A stretch of 64,000 nucleotides of DNA from a virus: the IMG/VR virus record IMGVR_UViG_3300025897_000009. One strand, 5' to 3'. The position numbers were made by a program, and so were the translations under genes. The stretch's first letter is position 1; each line of letters opens with the position of its first letter. Below the pieces are notes generated by a model. It searched no databases and was not told the origin of the DNA. It was given only the letters and a program-made list of their open reading frames with translations. Below, piece after piece: positions 18,763 through 28,571 of the stretch.

Positions 18763-19937
18763 TCTTCAAATCCTTTGAAATTAAAAAATGCATTGGACTT
18801 ACCCTGCGCACTCTTTCCACCTGTGTCGGTGAATGTTAAATTACCAGAAAAGAAGGGACTTCCATCTGGTGATAAAAATATAATATTCGCATTATTAGTT
18901 CCTTCGTTATGCTTAACTGTAAGCAAGAAGTCTCCTTTTACATTATCAATCAATTCTTTCATCTTTGCACTAGTCCTTGAACTAATGACTGTTTGTTTCT
19001 TTTCGTCTTTACCTATCGCAGCATAGAAGTCATCACTTCCATCCAACCCAAGTAAGAAAAGCATTCTATTGTTGATCTCTTTCTTATGACTCATATAGTA
19101 TGTATCAAAGATTTCAACTATGAGTTGAATCACTGATCGATGTGATGATTTTGCTACTGCTCTTGCCTCTTCTTTACTCTTACCTTGTTTCATGTAATTA
19201 GGTATGATGTTTTGCAAGTCAGTTAATTGCTGTATCTGTGAACGAGAACCAAAGTCTTTCGCAAATTGTTCTATAAAATCTGGTGTACTGCGTTCTGCTT
19301 TACCTGTATCATAGAACAAAGTTTTTAAGAACGATATGTAAGTTGAATTTGCCAAATTGATGTTGCTGGTCTTATATGACTTTAGAGATGCGTGTATCTC
19401 GTCTACAACTTGTTTCTCATTCTTCTTAGTGACTGTGATCACCAAATCTGCTTTGGTTGTTCCTTTACCACTGTCACCTGTTAATTCTATTTCAAACTCT
19501 AAGAATTTGTAATCTAATGCTGTTTGTACATCAGCAAAGATAGCATCAGCCATTGCTTTACCTGCTGCCATTTGTCTTTTAATATCTTTTTGTTCTGAAG
19601 GATTTAACAGTTTTTTAAGTTTTGCTGTATCACTTTTAAGTTCTGCTTTCAATGCAGGCAATTTAGTTCTTATGCCTAAAGATGCTGGCGAGTTCTCTAT
19701 GTTCTTTGCTAATTCAACTGCTGTCACGATCTCTGAAAAGTATCCCAGCAATGACTTAGCATCTACACCTTCTGACACTGTCTTAGGTAGAGTGACAGGA
19801 ATACGAACTCTTTGACCAAACTGAATCTTAGAGAATACTTTTTTAAAGATAGATTTAACTTTCTTTAGTCCTCGTTGAATCAGACCTCGTATATTGAGTT
19901 CTTCTATTTGAGTAGTGTGTTCTAAAAAACTTTTCAT
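18759..19937 (-). CDS. Possible PD-(D/E)XK-fold protein with capsid-targeting-like N-terminus
   Basis: MKSFLEHTTQIEE; KADLVI...ASLKSY resembles a nuclease active-site pattern. Confidence 0.45.
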   Translation of the reverse strand: MKSFLEHTTQIEELNIRGLIQRGLKKVKSIFKKVFSKIQFGQRVRIPVTLPKTVSEGVDAKSLLGYFSEIVTAVELAKNIENSPASLGIRTKLPALKAELKSDTAKLKKLLNPSEQKDIKRQMAAGKAMADAIFADVQTALDYKFLEFEIELTGDSGKGTTKADLVITVTKKNEKQVVDEIHASLKSYKTSNINLANSTYISFLKTLFYDTGKAERSTPDFIEQFAKDFGSRSQIQQLTDLQNIIPNYMKQGKSKEEARAVAKSSHRSVIQLIVEIFDTYYMSHKKEINNRMLFLLGLDGSDDFYAAIGKDEKKQTVISSRTSAKMKELIDNVKGDFLLTVKHNEGTNNANIIFLSPDGSPFFSGNLTFTDTGGKSAQGKSNAFFNFKGFEE

Positions 19938-19941
19938 TATA

Positions 19942-20166
19942 TTATGATTGTCTTACAAACATGTTTCCAGATGAGTTAAAATAAAAATCTCCGACTCCTA
20001 CACCACCTGATGCAGCAGCAGAGTCATTAGAAAAAGGACCTGGAATGTTAAAGTTTTGTCCCTCTATAATTTGAGTAATTGTAGTGGAGTTATCTATTGT
20101 TTGTTCAATCGTTTTCTTATCTGTTTGATCCAACCTACCTGTAAAGATGTTAAAAGTCCAAGACAT
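19942..20166 (-). CDS. Hypothetical protein
   Basis: Coupled ORF. Confidence 0.6.
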   Translation of the reverse strand: MSWTFNIFTGRLDQTDKKTIEQTIDNSTTITQIIEGQNFNIPGPFSNDSAAASGGVGVGDFYFNSSGNMFVRQS

Positions 20167-20378
20167 TATACTGTCCTCTCAACTGTCAATAGATTGTTAG
20201 ACACATCATAAGTCATCACTATTGTGGCAACGATAGTACCACTAGAACCACCCAATCTGTAATCAACCTGTGTTAGGTTATCACTTACATCATAGGTGTT
20301 TGAGATGTAGTCATATGCTGGTATCCCCATCGGATTGGCGATATAGTTTTCTTCTCCGAATTTTTTTGTTCCTGCCAT
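20166..20378 (-). CDS. Hypothetical protein
   Basis: Internal repeat TYDVS.NL twice. Confidence 0.6.
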   Translation of the reverse strand: MAGTKKFGEENYIANPMGIPAYDYISNTYDVSDNLTQVDYRLGGSSGTIVATIVMTYDVSNNLLTVERTV

Positions 20379-20381
20379 GTT

Positions 20382-22052
20382 TTAAATACTTTTTAGTACT
20401 CCTCTGTTGTTCTTATAAACTGTATATTGGCCACCATCTTTATCAACTTTGTTTGCTTTATTAGCATAGTTGATAGCATCTTTTTGCATATTGGCACCGA
20501 ACACTAACTTCTCTTTTTCCTTTCTCTTTTTGTTTTGATAAGATACAACAAAGTTATTTTTTGAAAATTGTCTAGGATCCATGCTTTCGTTTGCTTGTCC
20601 TGGAGTATCTTTAGAATACACTTGTCTAATTCTGTCAGTACCAAGTTCTAGATAAGAGTCATTACAATTACCATCACCAAGATTGTATTTGGGTTCTTCG
20701 TTCTTTTGCTTTTTCTTTTTAGCAATAGCAATTGCTGCTTGCTGTGCAGGGTTTGCTGCCTCTGACCACCAATCTTTGAATAGTGCGAAAGACTCATTCT
20801 TTTGTCCTTCTCTAAACTTTTTCAGTCTTTGCATTTCTTGCTTTCTTACAGCAGGAAGTAATCTCTTAGAAAGTTTTTTAATAGCACCTTTCTTCTTTTC
20901 AAGTTTCTTGGCAATATTAACTTTTTGTGAAATAGAAAGATCTGCCATGCTTAAACTACCCAGCATTCTTTTTGCTATTCTAGTTCTTGCTGCTCTCATT
21001 GCTTTCATTTGCAACTCATTAGCATTTTTCATTCTTCTCTTTTTTCTTGCTGCGGATCTTGCTCTTTTCTTAGCAGTTCTTCTAGCAATTTGACCTCTCT
21101 TCATTCGTTGCTGAACAGAGAGTGCTTCTTCTATGCTGTTAAAGGGTTCAAAATCTTCGCCCATAGTAAGACCAGATAATTGCTGAACAATTGTTTGTAA
21201 TTGAGGTGTTGGGATTGATGCCAAAACCTCAAGTTGCTTTTTTGAAAGACCTTTGACCCTAGCAAACATCTTTTTGATATCTACTTTTTTTTGTTCTGGT
21301 AGATTATCATCTACAGTACCATAAGTTTCACAAGGTGTATTGCCACAACCACAGTTCTTTTCTTCAGTCTGTGCTCGTTTTTCTCTTTCTGCTCTTTGTC
21401 TAGAAGTTTCTTTGTCTTTAAGCATATCCAGTTTTTTCTTAGAATCTGCTCTTGCCTTTGCTATCTTATCTTTTTGCATTTCTGCAGATTTTCTCATATT
21501 AGCAAGGTTGCGTTCTCTTTCTCTTTTGACTCGTTCTTTATGTGCTTTTTCTTTTGGATCTTCTTCTGCTTCTTCTTCGACTTCAGTCTCTTCTTTTCTA
21601 CCCTTTTGATATTTCTTAATAGAGTCTTTTGCAGACTTCATCATTGCTTTTTGATGTGCCTTTTGTTGAGATTTAGTTTTATCTCTTAATATATCTGCAA
21701 GTCTTTTTTCTGTGACTTCTTCTTCTGCTTCTTCTGGTACACAGTTGGGAACCATCTTGTCCCCTTTCTTTTTCATACCTTCTTTTTTGTATCCATTCCA
21801 GCAATCTTCATTGAACTGAGAGAAAGTCTTTTTATGTTCTACATGATCTCTTAAATCTTTATCTGCTGTGTTGTATGTTTTACCTTTAGTGATGTAAGAA
21901 TTTACTCTAGCAAATGCCCATTGTTGTGGTGTAGTTCCAGGTCTATGCCCTGTTTTCCATGCTGCCATACCTCTATCATACACTTTCTTCAGTGTACCAT
22001 AAGATATTCCAGACTCTTGTGCTTTCTTAACTAATCCTGCTATCTTTGCCAT
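20382..22052 (-). CDS. Large multidomain charged protein, probable head-associated
   Basis: N-terminal KKVYDRGMAAW...QQWAFARVNS domain, CWNGY...VPNCVPE motif, basic helical segments. Confidence 0.7.
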   Translation of the reverse strand: MAKIAGLVKKAQESGISYGTLKKVYDRGMAAWKTGHRPGTTPQQWAFARVNSYITKGKTYNTADKDLRDHVEHKKTFSQFNEDCWNGYKKEGMKKKGDKMVPNCVPEEAEEEVTEKRLADILRDKTKSQQKAHQKAMMKSAKDSIKKYQKGRKEETEVEEEAEEDPKEKAHKERVKRERERNLANMRKSAEMQKDKIAKARADSKKKLDMLKDKETSRQRAEREKRAQTEEKNCGCGNTPCETYGTVDDNLPEQKKVDIKKMFARVKGLSKKQLEVLASIPTPQLQTIVQQLSGLTMGEDFEPFNSIEEALSVQQRMKRGQIARRTAKKRARSAARKKRRMKNANELQMKAMRAARTRIAKRMLGSLSMADLSISQKVNIAKKLEKKKGAIKKLSKRLLPAVRKQEMQRLKKFREGQKNESFALFKDWWSEAANPAQQAAIAIAKKKKQKNEEPKYNLGDGNCNDSYLELGTDRIRQVYSKDTPGQANESMDPRQFSKNNFVVSYQNKKRKEKEKLVFGANMQKDAINYANKANKVDKDGGQYTVYKNNRGVLKSI

Positions 22053-22054
22053 AA

Positions 22055-23338
22055 TTAATCCCTCTGCTCTCTATCTTTTAAACGATCTATAGAATCTCTC
22101 ATTCTAGATCGCATTCTTTGTAATTGATCTTTATTTCGATCTCGTTGTGCTTTGATTCTTGCTCTCTCAGCATCATCTAACTTTTCACCAAACATATCTT
22201 TGTACGTCTTAGTGTATTTAGATGGTTTTGTTTTTGCTTCTTTATCGCCAGGAGCAGGTTTGTAAGCAGATGCGTCATCATCAGATTTCTTTTCATTGCT
22301 TTTAAAATGTTTTGCTCTGGTTTCTTTTTCGTCTTTATCCATTTTGGTAAAGTATTTTGCTGGTTGTTTACCTTTTACATTTGGAACTGCATCTTCTACG
22401 ATTTCACCAAGTCCTTTAGTTGTTAACCAAACTCTCGCACCTTCTAATTTAGTAACTGCTTTGAGTAAGTTTTCTTTGTTATCGATGGCAACAACTTTTC
22501 TATCTTGGATAATAGCATAATGAGGATTCTTAGATCCTACTGCATCTTCACCCACTTTGATGGTTTTAACTTCTTGCACTTCTTCAGACACTTTCTTATA
22601 ACCCATTTGAGTATAAGTTCTCAATTCATAAGAGTTGATATATCTTACTGTTCCTTTCTTATTCATGACTTTGATCTTTTTTCCACCTTCGTAAAGATCT
22701 TTGTACATATAGTCTGGTAAATCCATTTCATTCCCCTCTCTTATGCCCATTTTAGATCGGACACTAAAGTATAATTTTTTGATGTCTGCTTCTTTGGCAG
22801 TACTTGGTACTGCTTTTTTGAATTCCTCGTATTCTCCATCACTGGCGATTTGTCTTGCTTTACTTGCTGACATACCAGATGCACCTTCTGCGTCTGGATC
22901 TCTTTCACCAGCACTGATCACATTAATAGTTTCAAAATCGTATCTACCATGTCTTGCTGTTTTGCCATTGTACATGTTTAGTAGTTTTTTAAACTCGTTG
23001 ACCCTATCACTCCCCACAATCATAGAGATATCAGTGTATCCCTGATCATTTAATTGAACAAGAATATCAAATACATTTCTAACTGGTTTGGTTGGGAATT
23101 TAACTTTACGTCCAAAGAACTTCTTAAGATACATCATCTTAATCTTGTAATCTAAAGGGTTCTTTTTGGGGTCTTGTGACTTGGATGAATAGACTAGAGG
23201 GTCTGCTCCAAGTGTTTTTGATTTGGCTGATATTTTTTGTATGAGTTTCTCGTGCCCACTCGTAGGAGGGTTAAACCTACCAAAAGTGAATACTGCACTC
23301 TTGGATTTTGCTTCAGTAATATCGCCAATAGTCTTCAT
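22055..23338 (-). CDS. Cytidylyltransferase-like (HxGH) nucleotidyltransferase
   Basis: FTFGRFNPPTSGHEKL, VGSDR, GERDPD, MSASK. Confidence 0.85.
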   Translation of the reverse strand: MKTIGDITEAKSKSAVFTFGRFNPPTSGHEKLIQKISAKSKTLGADPLVYSSKSQDPKKNPLDYKIKMMYLKKFFGRKVKFPTKPVRNVFDILVQLNDQGYTDISMIVGSDRVNEFKKLLNMYNGKTARHGRYDFETINVISAGERDPDAEGASGMSASKARQIASDGEYEEFKKAVPSTAKEADIKKLYFSVRSKMGIREGNEMDLPDYMYKDLYEGGKKIKVMNKKGTVRYINSYELRTYTQMGYKKVSEEVQEVKTIKVGEDAVGSKNPHYAIIQDRKVVAIDNKENLLKAVTKLEGARVWLTTKGLGEIVEDAVPNVKGKQPAKYFTKMDKDEKETRAKHFKSNEKKSDDDASAYKPAPGDKEAKTKPSKYTKTYKDMFGEKLDDAERARIKAQRDRNKDQLQRMRSRMRDSIDRLKDREQRD

Positions 23339-23346
23339 GGTAAGAC

Positions 23347-23354
23347 TATTTATA
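23347..23354 (-). promoter_or_regulatory. T4-type late promoter TATAAATA
   Basis: Exact consensus, 8 nt before ATG. Confidence 0.65.
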
Positions 23355-23366
23355 ACTTTTTGGTTC

Positions 23367-24296
23367 TTACTCTTCTTTGATATCTTCGAAGTGATCTGGA
23401 TGTTCCTCCATACTTGTCAACAAGTGGAATAATGGACTGTCTGATCGACGTCCAACAAACTTATTTTCATTGACTTTTATATGGATCATTTCCTCTATTA
23501 AAATACTTTCCATCTCTTCGATAAATCTAGGAGTTATTGCCTCTGCTAAAGCATCGTACATTGCTCCTTTGGAAGGGTTTTGCTTGTAATCTATGTGCTC
23601 ATTGATCTCATCGATAATGCCTTCTCTTTTCAGATTCTTTACATTATCAATAATAACATCAGAACTATTCTCTTCTCGAGAAGTATCGAAAGGTAAAAGG
23701 TGATCAACTGTATCATAAATAGACTTTTCTTTGTAGAATTCTCTACACAGTATCCAACAATGAGATGCGAATTGCCCACTCTTATTAGGTAAGATAATTC
23801 TATCTAAGTTTCCTTGCCAAAAATGATGTATTAAAGATGAAAACATATTTGCCATTTTAGGTATCTTATCATTGTAATCTATCGTTTCATCACAGGCATA
23901 GTTTTGTAGCATGGTCACAGATGAATGATCTAGTTCTGTAAACAACCCACTAATAAATCTAGATACAGGATGTCGTACAGTCATGTAAGAAGTATATCCT
24001 TCTAAATTAAGGCAATATGTTAATGGTTTGATAAACTTTTTTTCATCATTATCTGCTTCCATCCATGTCTCTGGTTTATCTCCCCAGATCAACCTGTAGA
24101 AATCACAAGTGCTGTAATCATCGGTTAGATGATCATCTGGATTTATTATGTGTTCTTTTTTTGTGATTAATGTATATCCATTATCTAAGAGCAGGTGTTT
24201 GATTGTTGAGTGTCCTGACTTTACAGGTGTGTACATGACTATCTTTTTGTCATGGTTAACATAGGTTGGAATTTCTTCCCATATCACGTGTTTCAT
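23367..24296 (-). CDS. Sulfotransferase-family-like protein
   Basis: PVKSGHST and VRHPVSRFISG match the two PAPS-binding motifs. Confidence 0.65.
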   Translation of the reverse strand: MKHVIWEEIPTYVNHDKKIVMYTPVKSGHSTIKHLLLDNGYTLITKKEHIINPDDHLTDDYSTCDFYRLIWGDKPETWMEADNDEKKFIKPLTYCLNLEGYTSYMTVRHPVSRFISGLFTELDHSSVTMLQNYACDETIDYNDKIPKMANMFSSLIHHFWQGNLDRIILPNKSGQFASHCWILCREFYKEKSIYDTVDHLLPFDTSREENSSDVIIDNVKNLKREGIIDEINEHIDYKQNPSKGAMYDALAEAITPRFIEEMESILIEEMIHIKVNENKFVGRRSDSPLFHLLTSMEEHPDHFEDIKEE

Positions 24297-24299
24297 AAT

Positions 24300-25505
24300 T
24301 TACTTGTCCCAGTTCTTCTGAACTGTAAAATTGTTAAATGAAAATTCTAATCTATCTACAAGTTTTACTGCCGATCCTTTTCGATCAATAGCAACATAAC
24401 CTTCTGGTTCTGTGACTCTAAATCCTTTATCGGTTTTAGTAAATGTGCCGATAGACTTTAGTTTGTTAAGATGTTTGATTATAGCACTCTTGCCATCCAC
24501 TAAATGTTTTTGGAAAGTTGCTATGGCATCTATTGTAGTTCGTAATCCTTTGAGTTCTCTTACCAACTGCTGTCCGATCTCTTCTTTGATCTTTCTATTC
24601 TTTTCAGTTTTAAGTTTTGCGACTACTTTTTCTGCCCAATACTTCTCTACATAATTTATATATTCCTGCGCAGATGGATTGAATCTTTGTTCTCTAATAA
24701 TAGAGTTAATGTAAGTCTTATAAGATGCACCAATCTGTCCTTTTGATGCATAGGTAGATTGAAGTTGTAGAAACTTCTTGACATCATTGCCTTTCATTTT
24801 CTTAAATGCTTTACCAGCATTGCTAAGAGCATTACGAACTTGTAAGGATAGTTTGGCAGGCATGGTTGAATTACCACTCACATCTCTATAAGTAGCATCT
24901 TGTGCCCATACATATTTTGATTTTTTGAACTTGCTGATTGACACACCAAAGGATGCTGACATATCTTGTAATGTTTTACCTTTGTATTCAGTATGCCAAA
25001 CAATACCTATCTTAGATGCTTTGATGATATTACCAATATCAGAATCGACTGGTACAGAATATGTGATGGCATTTGGAGTGAAAATATAAGATTTTACACC
25101 ATCCATACCCTGTACACTTACATCGTCGGTGAACAATAAGTCACCTTGGAAGATGCCAGACTTTGGCATCGTGTCTTTAAGATACATGAAAGCAGTTTCA
25201 AACTTCTTCTTGAGACCATCGCTCAGTTCGTTTGCTGATCTAATCTCTGGTACACTTCTATAGAATAAAGGTGTAGCATTGAACAGACTCTTCTTTGCTA
25301 TAAAGAATTCATTTGTTTCTGGATGATAACCTGCAAAGATTGCTGGTGCACCATCCCACTTAACTGTCATGTTGTAGGATCCTTTGGCATTACCATTCAG
25401 CATTTTATGTAGTTCGATTAAGAACAAAATGCTACCTCTGGCTCCTACAAAACCAGAGTTTAAGATTTCATCTTCTAAATGTTCGAGATGTAGATTCTTC
25501 GCCAT
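24300..25505 (-). CDS. Conserved T4-like protein with ligase-type KxDG motif
   Basis: NLHLEHLED, VKWDGAP, QGDLLF, PEGYV, VKLVDR. Confidence 0.7.
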   Translation of the reverse strand: MAKNLHLEHLEDEILNSGFVGARGSILFLIELHKMLNGNAKGSYNMTVKWDGAPAIFAGYHPETNEFFIAKKSLFNATPLFYRSVPEIRSANELSDGLKKKFETAFMYLKDTMPKSGIFQGDLLFTDDVSVQGMDGVKSYIFTPNAITYSVPVDSDIGNIIKASKIGIVWHTEYKGKTLQDMSASFGVSISKFKKSKYVWAQDATYRDVSGNSTMPAKLSLQVRNALSNAGKAFKKMKGNDVKKFLQLQSTYASKGQIGASYKTYINSIIREQRFNPSAQEYINYVEKYWAEKVVAKLKTEKNRKIKEEIGQQLVRELKGLRTTIDAIATFQKHLVDGKSAIIKHLNKLKSIGTFTKTDKGFRVTEPEGYVAIDRKGSAVKLVDRLEFSFNNFTVQKNWDK

Positions 25506-25510
25506 AAGAC

Positions 25511-25518
25511 TATTTATT
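25511..25518 (-). promoter_or_regulatory. Late-type promoter AATAAATA
   Basis: One mismatch to consensus, 5 nt before ATG. Confidence 0.55.
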
Positions 25519-25687
25519 TCTTAATGGTTTTAGTTGAGATGGTTTTTTCGATTTTGCCAATCTTTACCATCAGTTCGTCTGCCTCGTCTTGTTTGCCTTC
25601 TTTTTTATAAACAATTAGTTGCTTCTTAAGAGCAACTTTCTCTTGTAAAAGATCTATTAATTTAGTTGGTTTCAATATTCTGTTCAT
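25514..25687 (-). CDS. Small hypothetical protein (57 aa)
   Basis: Manual translation MNRILKPTKLIDLLQEKVALKKQL...; fills gap. Confidence 0.6.
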   Translation of the reverse strand: MNRILKPTKLIDLLQEKVALKKQLIVYKKEGKQDEADELMVKIGKIEKTISTKTIKK

Positions 25688-25929
25688 GATTCATAAGCAA
25701 TCTCCAGTCCATATTGGATTGCTTTCCTGCATTTCTCAGCATTATTTATATCTGTAGCAGCAGTTGTTTTTAGGTCTCTGTATAAAACTCGATACAGATG
25801 TTCTACCACTTCTGTGTTTGTAGTAAGAGATCCATTAAGGATCGCATCTTGGAATCTACCTTGGTTTTGATAATACAGTTGATGCCCCCATTGAATGAGA
25901 GCATCGTGATTTGAGTTTAGATCGTACAT
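25684..25929 (-). CDS. Hypothetical protein
   Basis: Coupled ORF. Confidence 0.6.
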   Translation of the reverse strand: MYDLNSNHDALIQWGHQLYYQNQGRFQDAILNGSLTTNTEVVEHLYRVLYRDLKTTAATDINNAEKCRKAIQYGLEIAYES

Positions 25930-26270
25930 TATCCGAAAGATACGATTCCGAAACCTTCTTCTAACACAATCAATGTGTGCCCATTAGGTTCTCTGATTAA
26001 GTCACCTACAGAAACAGATGATCCGATAGCAACTTCTTCTATGTCTTCAGCATAGAAATCCCTCATGTTTCCCTTACGAAAAACTTCTTCAGAATAATCT
26101 GCTTCGATAAAAAATTTTGTGTAGAACTTTTCTAAGTTCTTGTAAGCAATTTTACATGCTGTGTTGAAATGATTGGATTCTTCGAGCATGATTGCTTTTC
26201 TCATACCCATTTCCCAGTCAGAACCTCTTTCTTCCCGATTTACTTGTAACACTTCGTATCTCATATTCAC
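25929..26270 (-). CDS. Hypothetical protein
   Basis: Directly after promoter cassette; S.SVGDLI motif. Confidence 0.65.
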   Translation of the reverse strand: MNMRYEVLQVNREERGSDWEMGMRKAIMLEESNHFNTACKIAYKNLEKFYTKFFIEADYSEEVFRKGNMRDFYAEDIEEVAIGSSVSVGDLIREPNGHTLIVLEEGFGIVSFG

Positions 26271-26332
26271 TCCTAAATGATTTGATTTCCTAGTATCAAT
26301 AATTGTACTAAAAATTAGGGGGTGTCGTAAAG
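26268..26332 (-). repeat. Promoter-leader-SD cassette, copy 2
   Basis: Matches 5481-5544; includes TTTACG-N18-TACAAT. Confidence 0.75.
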
Positions 26333-27028
26333 TGGTTTCTGTCTTAAAAGTTCTTTATATTTGTATGTTTCTGGAGTTAACTTAGCAAGCAAATCAAGCA
26401 TGCCTAGATCGTTGAATACTCTTTCTGTGATATCGAGTATTTGTTTTTTGGTTTGGTTACTGATTCCTTCTGGAGGAGTTGTGTCATGATCTGTCAAAAA
26501 TTTCTTAAGATTAGGTAATAAGATAATCTGATCAATATGATCAACCAAATTAAATGCTGTATCATGATTCAATACTGGATAAAAGATAGACATAAATGTA
26601 CCATTACGATGTATGGTTTTTGTTAAGAATCGATTCATGACTTTATCTGGACCACCTGCTAATTCTATCCATGCTCTTAAAATATTTTCGTATTCTTCAG
26701 CAGTTTGTGTTTCATCAACTACAAAATTAGAAAGTCCTGTTCTCATCTCGTAACAAAAAGCAGAGATAAAGGATTCATCTACAGGTCTCCAAGTCATGTA
26801 CTTTTTATAGTCTTTATATCTAGGACTCATTGCTTGAATCGCATCTTCTATGGGTTCGTATCCCAGATTCTCAATGTTGGTTTTGTGGAAGATCCATCGT
26901 CCATTGTTTTTCAATGTATCTGTAAGTAGAGAAGTTCCATGTTTAAAATGAGAAATCAAAATCTTCTTTTCAAAATGATTGAAATAAGTATCAATCATCA
27001 TGTCTCTTAACTCTAAGACTCTACGCAT
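26315..27028 (-). CDS. Sulfotransferase-like protein (start uncertain, 27028 or 27001)
   Basis: FKHGTS and WRPVDESFISA resemble PAPS motifs. Confidence 0.45.
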   Translation of the reverse strand: MRRVLELRDMMIDTYFNHFEKKILISHFKHGTSLLTDTLKNNGRWIFHKTNIENLGYEPIEDAIQAMSPRYKDYKKYMTWRPVDESFISAFCYEMRTGLSNFVVDETQTAEEYENILRAWIELAGGPDKVMNRFLTKTIHRNGTFMSIFYPVLNHDTAFNLVDHIDQIILLPNLKKFLTDHDTTPPEGISNQTKKQILDITERVFNDLGMLDLLAKLTPETYKYKELLRQKPLYDTP

Positions 27029-28409
27029 CGTAGTTGAACTCCTGGAATTTTTGTACCAAGTTTTTGCCTGCTTTAGTATTATCAAACACAGGTCCATTAT
27101 CAATCAACTCTTCTTGTGCGTTTTGTTCACAGTCATAAAGTTTCATTCTACTTCTATCCACACCCATTACAAATCTTTTGTTCATGGTTGGATCATTGTA
27201 TCGATTCTTTAACTGTTTCACTAGCATTTGATCTAATGCTTCTAGTTCTTCACTACTAATTAATGCAAACATAAAGTCAGCAGTCGCAGGTAAACCAAAA
27301 GATTCTGAAGTATCTGTTAAATCAATATCTGTATTACTATATCCAGATCTTGTAGTTTGAGTAGCACTTAACACAGGCACATCATACTCTACTGCTAATC
27401 CTCGCAGTTCTTCAGCAATACTCTTCACCAAAGTGTAAGAGTTAACATTAGATCCTGGACGCACTCTGAATGAAGTACAAATGTTTAGATAATCAATAAC
27501 AATCAAGTCAGGTTTATAATCTTTCTTTAGATTTAACTCTTGTAGCAGATGTCTAAAGTGTCCCACATGAGCACCTGCTGTAGGATACTCTTTAATGATC
27601 AGTTTGCCTTTAGTCTTTTCTCTTAACCTTTCGATCTTCTTATCATACATATCCTTTGGTAAGTCAGTCAACTCTCTCATAGGTATGTTGAGTAGATTCG
27701 CATCGATTCTTTCAGCAATTCTTTCTTCTGCCATCTCCATTGTGATGTACAAAACATTCTTGCCCATCATTAAACAGTTCGCAGCAACATGACCCATGAA
27801 TAAAGTTTTACCCACACCTGTTCCTGCTAGTGCTATGTTTAATGTTTTATTAGGCAGACCACCTTTAGTGATCTTGTTAAAGTAATCTAAATCAAAAGGA
27901 AGTTTCTCTTCCTCAGTATGATAGAAGTCATATCTCCTATCGCTGTCAATCAAAAAGTCATGACCAATGTTAGTGTCAAAAGATACAGACAATGCTTCTT
28001 TGAGTAAGTCTGGTATTTCACCTTGCGATCTTTTACCTTTCTCATCTAAGATTTCAATACTGTCCATAACAGCATTGTAGATAGCACGATCTTTACACCA
28101 TTTCTCAGTTTGTTCAATTAACCAATCAAGAGGTGTATCATCTTTGTCTTTGTAAAGTTTGTCAAGAATGACTTTGGTCAACTTGTAGTCTGCATCATTC
28201 ATGGATGCACTATCAAGTTCTATGCCCAATGCTTCTACTGTAGGAATGGTATTGTACTTGGTGAAGTACTCTCTGATTTGCTCATAGACATACCTTTCGT
28301 CTCTTTCTGCGAAGTATTCATCTTGAATGAATGGCAGTGTTTTCCTAGCAAAGACATCTTCTTTGACTAAGTTTTTCAGTATTACAAACTCTAATCTTTT
28401 ATCTGACAT
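27021..28409 (-). CDS. 41: Replicative DNA helicase (T4 gp41-like)
   Basis: AGTGVGKT Walker A, TMEMAEE, IDYLNI, SATQTTR, KQLKNRY. Confidence 0.97.
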   Translation of the reverse strand: MSDKRLEFVILKNLVKEDVFARKTLPFIQDEYFAERDERYVYEQIREYFTKYNTIPTVEALGIELDSASMNDADYKLTKVILDKLYKDKDDTPLDWLIEQTEKWCKDRAIYNAVMDSIEILDEKGKRSQGEIPDLLKEALSVSFDTNIGHDFLIDSDRRYDFYHTEEEKLPFDLDYFNKITKGGLPNKTLNIALAGTGVGKTLFMGHVAANCLMMGKNVLYITMEMAEERIAERIDANLLNIPMRELTDLPKDMYDKKIERLREKTKGKLIIKEYPTAGAHVGHFRHLLQELNLKKDYKPDLIVIDYLNICTSFRVRPGSNVNSYTLVKSIAEELRGLAVEYDVPVLSATQTTRSGYSNTDIDLTDTSESFGLPATADFMFALISSEELEALDQMLVKQLKNRYNDPTMNKRFVMGVDRSRMKLYDCEQNAQEELIDNGPVFDNTKAGKNLVQKFQEFNYDA

Positions 28410-28571
28410 TTACTTTTTATTGGCGACTGTTTTCTTTCTTATTGTATATGCTTCATTCGTGTACTTGGTACGAGGATCATCAGCGATGTATCTGCCCTTG
28501 CCATCTCTAGCACGGATTCTCTCATAACCAGACATGAAGAAGTTTTTAAGACTTGTCAGTATATTCTTCAT
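28410..28571 (-). CDS. Small hypothetical protein (53 aa)
   Basis: Manual translation containing [15 protein letters not shown]...NEA. Confidence 0.65.
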   Translation of the reverse strand: MKNILTSLKNFFMSGYERIRARDGKGRYIADDPRTKYTNEAYTIRKKTVANKK

